The position numbers were made by a program, and so were the translations under genes. Of a stretch of 64,000 bases of DNA, positions 61,020 to 64,000 are shown piece by piece. Numbering within the stretch: position 1 is the stretch's first letter; each line of letters starts with the position of its first letter. The DNA is taken from the NCBI GenBank assembly GCA_963806225.1, contig CAWDXG010000004.1:1984001-2048000 (forward strand), written 5' to 3'. The stretch comes from an uncultured delta proteobacterium (lineage in GTDB: Bacteria; Myxococcota_A; Polyangia; Polyangiales; Polyangiaceae). The notes below the pieces were generated by a model. The model was not told where the DNA came from. It made no database searches and saw only the letters and a list, made by a program, of their open reading frames with translations.

Positions 61020-64000
61020 GTGCGGCATGACAAGGGAACCGGAAAGGATTGGGGGGGCAGCCCCCGGTTTTCGAACACGGGGCGCTGGGCACGTGCGCTG
61101 ACCCTGGTCGGAGTCGTCCTCGCCATGATGACACTCGCCGGTCGTAGCGCGGCCATCACGAATGCGCCCCACATCACAGACCAGGGGACCGCGCCGGAGT
61201 TCATCTGGCTCGCCGTGAATAGTAACGGTCACAATGCGCTGTGCAGCGCAGTCCTCGCAACGCCGGTGCGCATGATCACGGCGGCACATTGCGTAAATGG
61301 GGACAAGAACTGGCTCATGGCCAGCAGCAACGTCGGTCTCTTGCCTTCCTCGGAGGTGTTCTTTGGCCGAGGATCGTCTCCAAGCGAGGACGACGTATGG
61401 AACTACCCCATCGCGACCTTCACGCCGGGCCCCTCGGACTACCACATCGTCGCGTGGAGCACGGACTCGCCGATAGACTTCGACTTCGAGAGTTCGGCCT
61501 ATCACGACCTCGCCGTGATCAAGCTCGACAAGCGCATCGGATCGAAGATCGCGGTCCCCGCCGTCATGCCATTCGATCCGGACGGTACCATGCACTACTG
61601 CGCCTCGTCCTTCATCGGCCGCTACCGTGGCTACGGTTGAACGTCGGGCGGGACGTATCACTACCTGGCCGAGGGGACAGCGGACACCTCGCCGCTGGGC
61701 GATTTCGCCTACGTGCAGCAGTGGTCCGTCAGCCAACTGCTGCTCGAAAGCATTCCAGGCATCAGTAATATCTACAACTTCTTCGTGGGAGGCGGCTCCG
61801 TGCAGCTACTCGACCACGGGGATTCGGGTGGCCCCCTGTACGACGGCCAGAAGCTGTGCGGTGTCAACTCGTCGTTTCGCGCCTGGCCGCACTGCGATCT
61901 GTGCACCTGTATCCCCGACCTGGACCCCAACTGCACCTGCATCCCAGGAACGGTCAAATGCAATCTATACGTCGAGAACGAGCAGACGCGCATCGACACG
62001 GTCGACGCCAGGGATTTCCTGATCGGGCGCCTCCAATCGAACAAGCCCGAGCGCCTGCTCGTTGACTCGAAGGGCAACTGGATCGGCACCTGCGGCGGCG
62101 AGGGCCCGGCGAGCAAACAGGATATCGACACCGACGGCGACCTGATCCCCGACGCCTGCGATCCGTGCCCAACGGTGTACGACGCCCAGTACCACGACAC
62201 TGGAGTCTACACGGACTACACGGATACCGACGGCGACGGCATCCCCGACATCTGCGACAACTGCCCCGACACCGGCACCCATGAACCGGTCGGTCCGAGC
62301 GACCCGGGGCGGGAACTCAACGGCAACCGCTGGGCCCAGCCGGACTCCGACAGCGACGGCATCGGCAACGCCTGCGACACCTGCCCGCATAGCGACCTGC
62401 GCGCGGTCGCAGGCAGCGCGAACTCGTTCCAGAGCGACTGGGTGTGCTGTAACAACAACGCCGACTGCAGCGGCACCCCGGGCAGCGGCTACCACACCAG
62501 CCACTGCGTCCCGCTCCCAAACCCCAATGAACCCATCTCCATCACGAATCCGCAGGTGGGCTTTGCGCCCAATGAGTGCGCCGGCCACGCGGGCCGCTGC
62601 TCGTTCGGCAAGGACGCCGATGTCGACGGCACGAGCGACCAATGCGACAACTGTCCCGATGACACGGCGACCCAGGACGACGCGGACGGCGACGGCGTGG
62701 GCGATGACTGCGACAATTGCCCCGGCACGGGCGACGCCACGGGCGAGTATCCGGACCCCCAGCACCACGAGGCAGATCGCAACGACTACGTGCCACCGAC
62801 CGACCCGGCGACCAACTACACGCCCCCGGACATGGTCTGTGCCCCTGATGGTGTCCCGGATCCGGCGGGCGAGGCGTACTGCAAGGGCCTGAACAGCGAG
62901 GGGCGCTGCGTTCCGGGCAAGGTTGTGGGCGGCGTGCTCCAGCCGGCGCTGTGCAGCAAGTTCCCCGACGCCGACGGAGACAGCGTGGGCGACGCCTGCG
63001 ACAACTGTCGCATCACATCGAATCACGACCCGAACGGCCCAGGCTCGAACCTCGGCGACCTGAACGGCCAGGCCAACTGCAACCTGCTGGCCGAGGTTGC
63101 GGGCGGCATGGCCTATCCGTACCTCGGCGACGCCTGCGACCCCAGCCCGTGCAACCGCGTGGCACGGCACCCCGCGGGGCCCGCCGGGGGGCTGTACCCC
63201 TACGACTGGACCGACGACGGCAAGCACGGCGATCTCTGGGGCATCACCACGTACGATCCGCAGATCCTGCCGGACAGCAAGACGCCGGATTTCCGGTCTC
63301 CGGAGACGCCTTTCAACAGCACGTACACGCAAGGGCAGACGCCGGTCGCAACAGTGGGAGCGCGCGTGTGCGACTGCGGGCTCGACCCCGACACGCACGA
63401 GGCGCGGAACGCTTGGCAGTGTCACTTGCTGAACATCTGTCGAATCGATCCGTCCCTCTACGACAAGCAGCCCTACAGAGTCCTGCAAACCTTCGGCGCC
63501 ACCGCGCCCGATCTCGCTTCCCTTCCAACGCCCGACAGTTCCAATTTGGCGCCGAACGGCGAAGTCTCCAACCTGCCGCTCGAAGCCGCAGCCGGCACCA
63601 CGCCCATCACCGCGGGACCGAACAACGATCACCTGGCGCCCTTCCTCGGCGCGCCCACCTACGTGGCCTGGGACCTTACGGCGAGCGGGGCGGCCAACCA
63701 CGGCGCCGTTCTGGGCTATGGCCTGCTGGGCGTCTACTGGACGGCCGTGCGCGACGTTCCGCAGGTGCTGCCCGGAACGCCAGCCGGGACGACCAAACCC
63801 TTTACCGACTGGTCCAACAAGTACTCGAGCGGCTTCGCCGGCCAGCCCGGACCGCTCAGCTCCGCCTCCCTGACGAAATCCACCTGCCCGCTCTGCAATC
63901 TGGGCACGTGCCCGTACTGCCAGATTCGAATCTGCAAAGCGTGCCTGGTGAGCCCGGAGTTCAATTCGCTGGTCACGAGCCCCGCCACTGGCCAGGTCTT
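61020..64000 (+). pseudogene. secreted trypsin-like (S1) protease with thrombospondin type-3 repeats, interrupted by in-frame TGA at 61638; runs off the window
   Basis: Signal peptide; ITAAHC, HDLAVIKL, then GDSGGP in the same frame after the TGA; many DxDGDGxxDxCDNCP repeats; start uncertain. Confidence 0.8.

Noticed and set aside
61638..61700. Confident selenoprotein call
   Set aside because: Hairpin geometry does not match a canonical bacterial SECIS and the position is not a known redox Cys; kept only as a low-probability alternative.

Overview
High-GC window from a myxobacterium, most likely Polyangiaceae/Sorangiineae-like. The basis is MYXO-CTERM tails, DUF2378-like proteins, many Gly-linker Cys-rich lipoproteins and a TonB_C-fused TonB-dependent receptor. 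The left part is mostly core genes: holA, ribA, glmU, a 1305-aa lipoprotein plus FadL-type porin pair, an MltD-like LysM transglycosylase, fumC, a fetAB-like ABC pair, degP and two Hsp20 genes. An MCP-less chemosensory operon with a HEAT-repeat gene follows, then dusB and hslR. The right part is accessory-rich. The most striking structure is at 49.8-52.5 kb: the 3' end of an acyl-CoA carboxylase beta gene occurs three times in direct orientation (150, 150 and 57 bp, mostly synonymous divergence). These copies separate a beta-propeller lipoprotein cassette and a toxin-antitoxin cassette. The middle copy is directly flanked by an inverted pair of structured GC-rich repeat elements, and no integrase or transposase is present in the window. 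Other notable points: a TANNNT -10 hexamer lies 5-9 nt before many start codons, suggesting frequent leaderless mRNAs. A trypsin/TSP3 gene carries an in-frame TGA between its catalytic Asp and Ser. Three genes have single-base +1 frameshifts, which may be sequencing errors, and there are orphan gene-tail remnants. No rRNA, tRNA or CRISPR array was seen. All family assignments come from motif recognition, not database searches.
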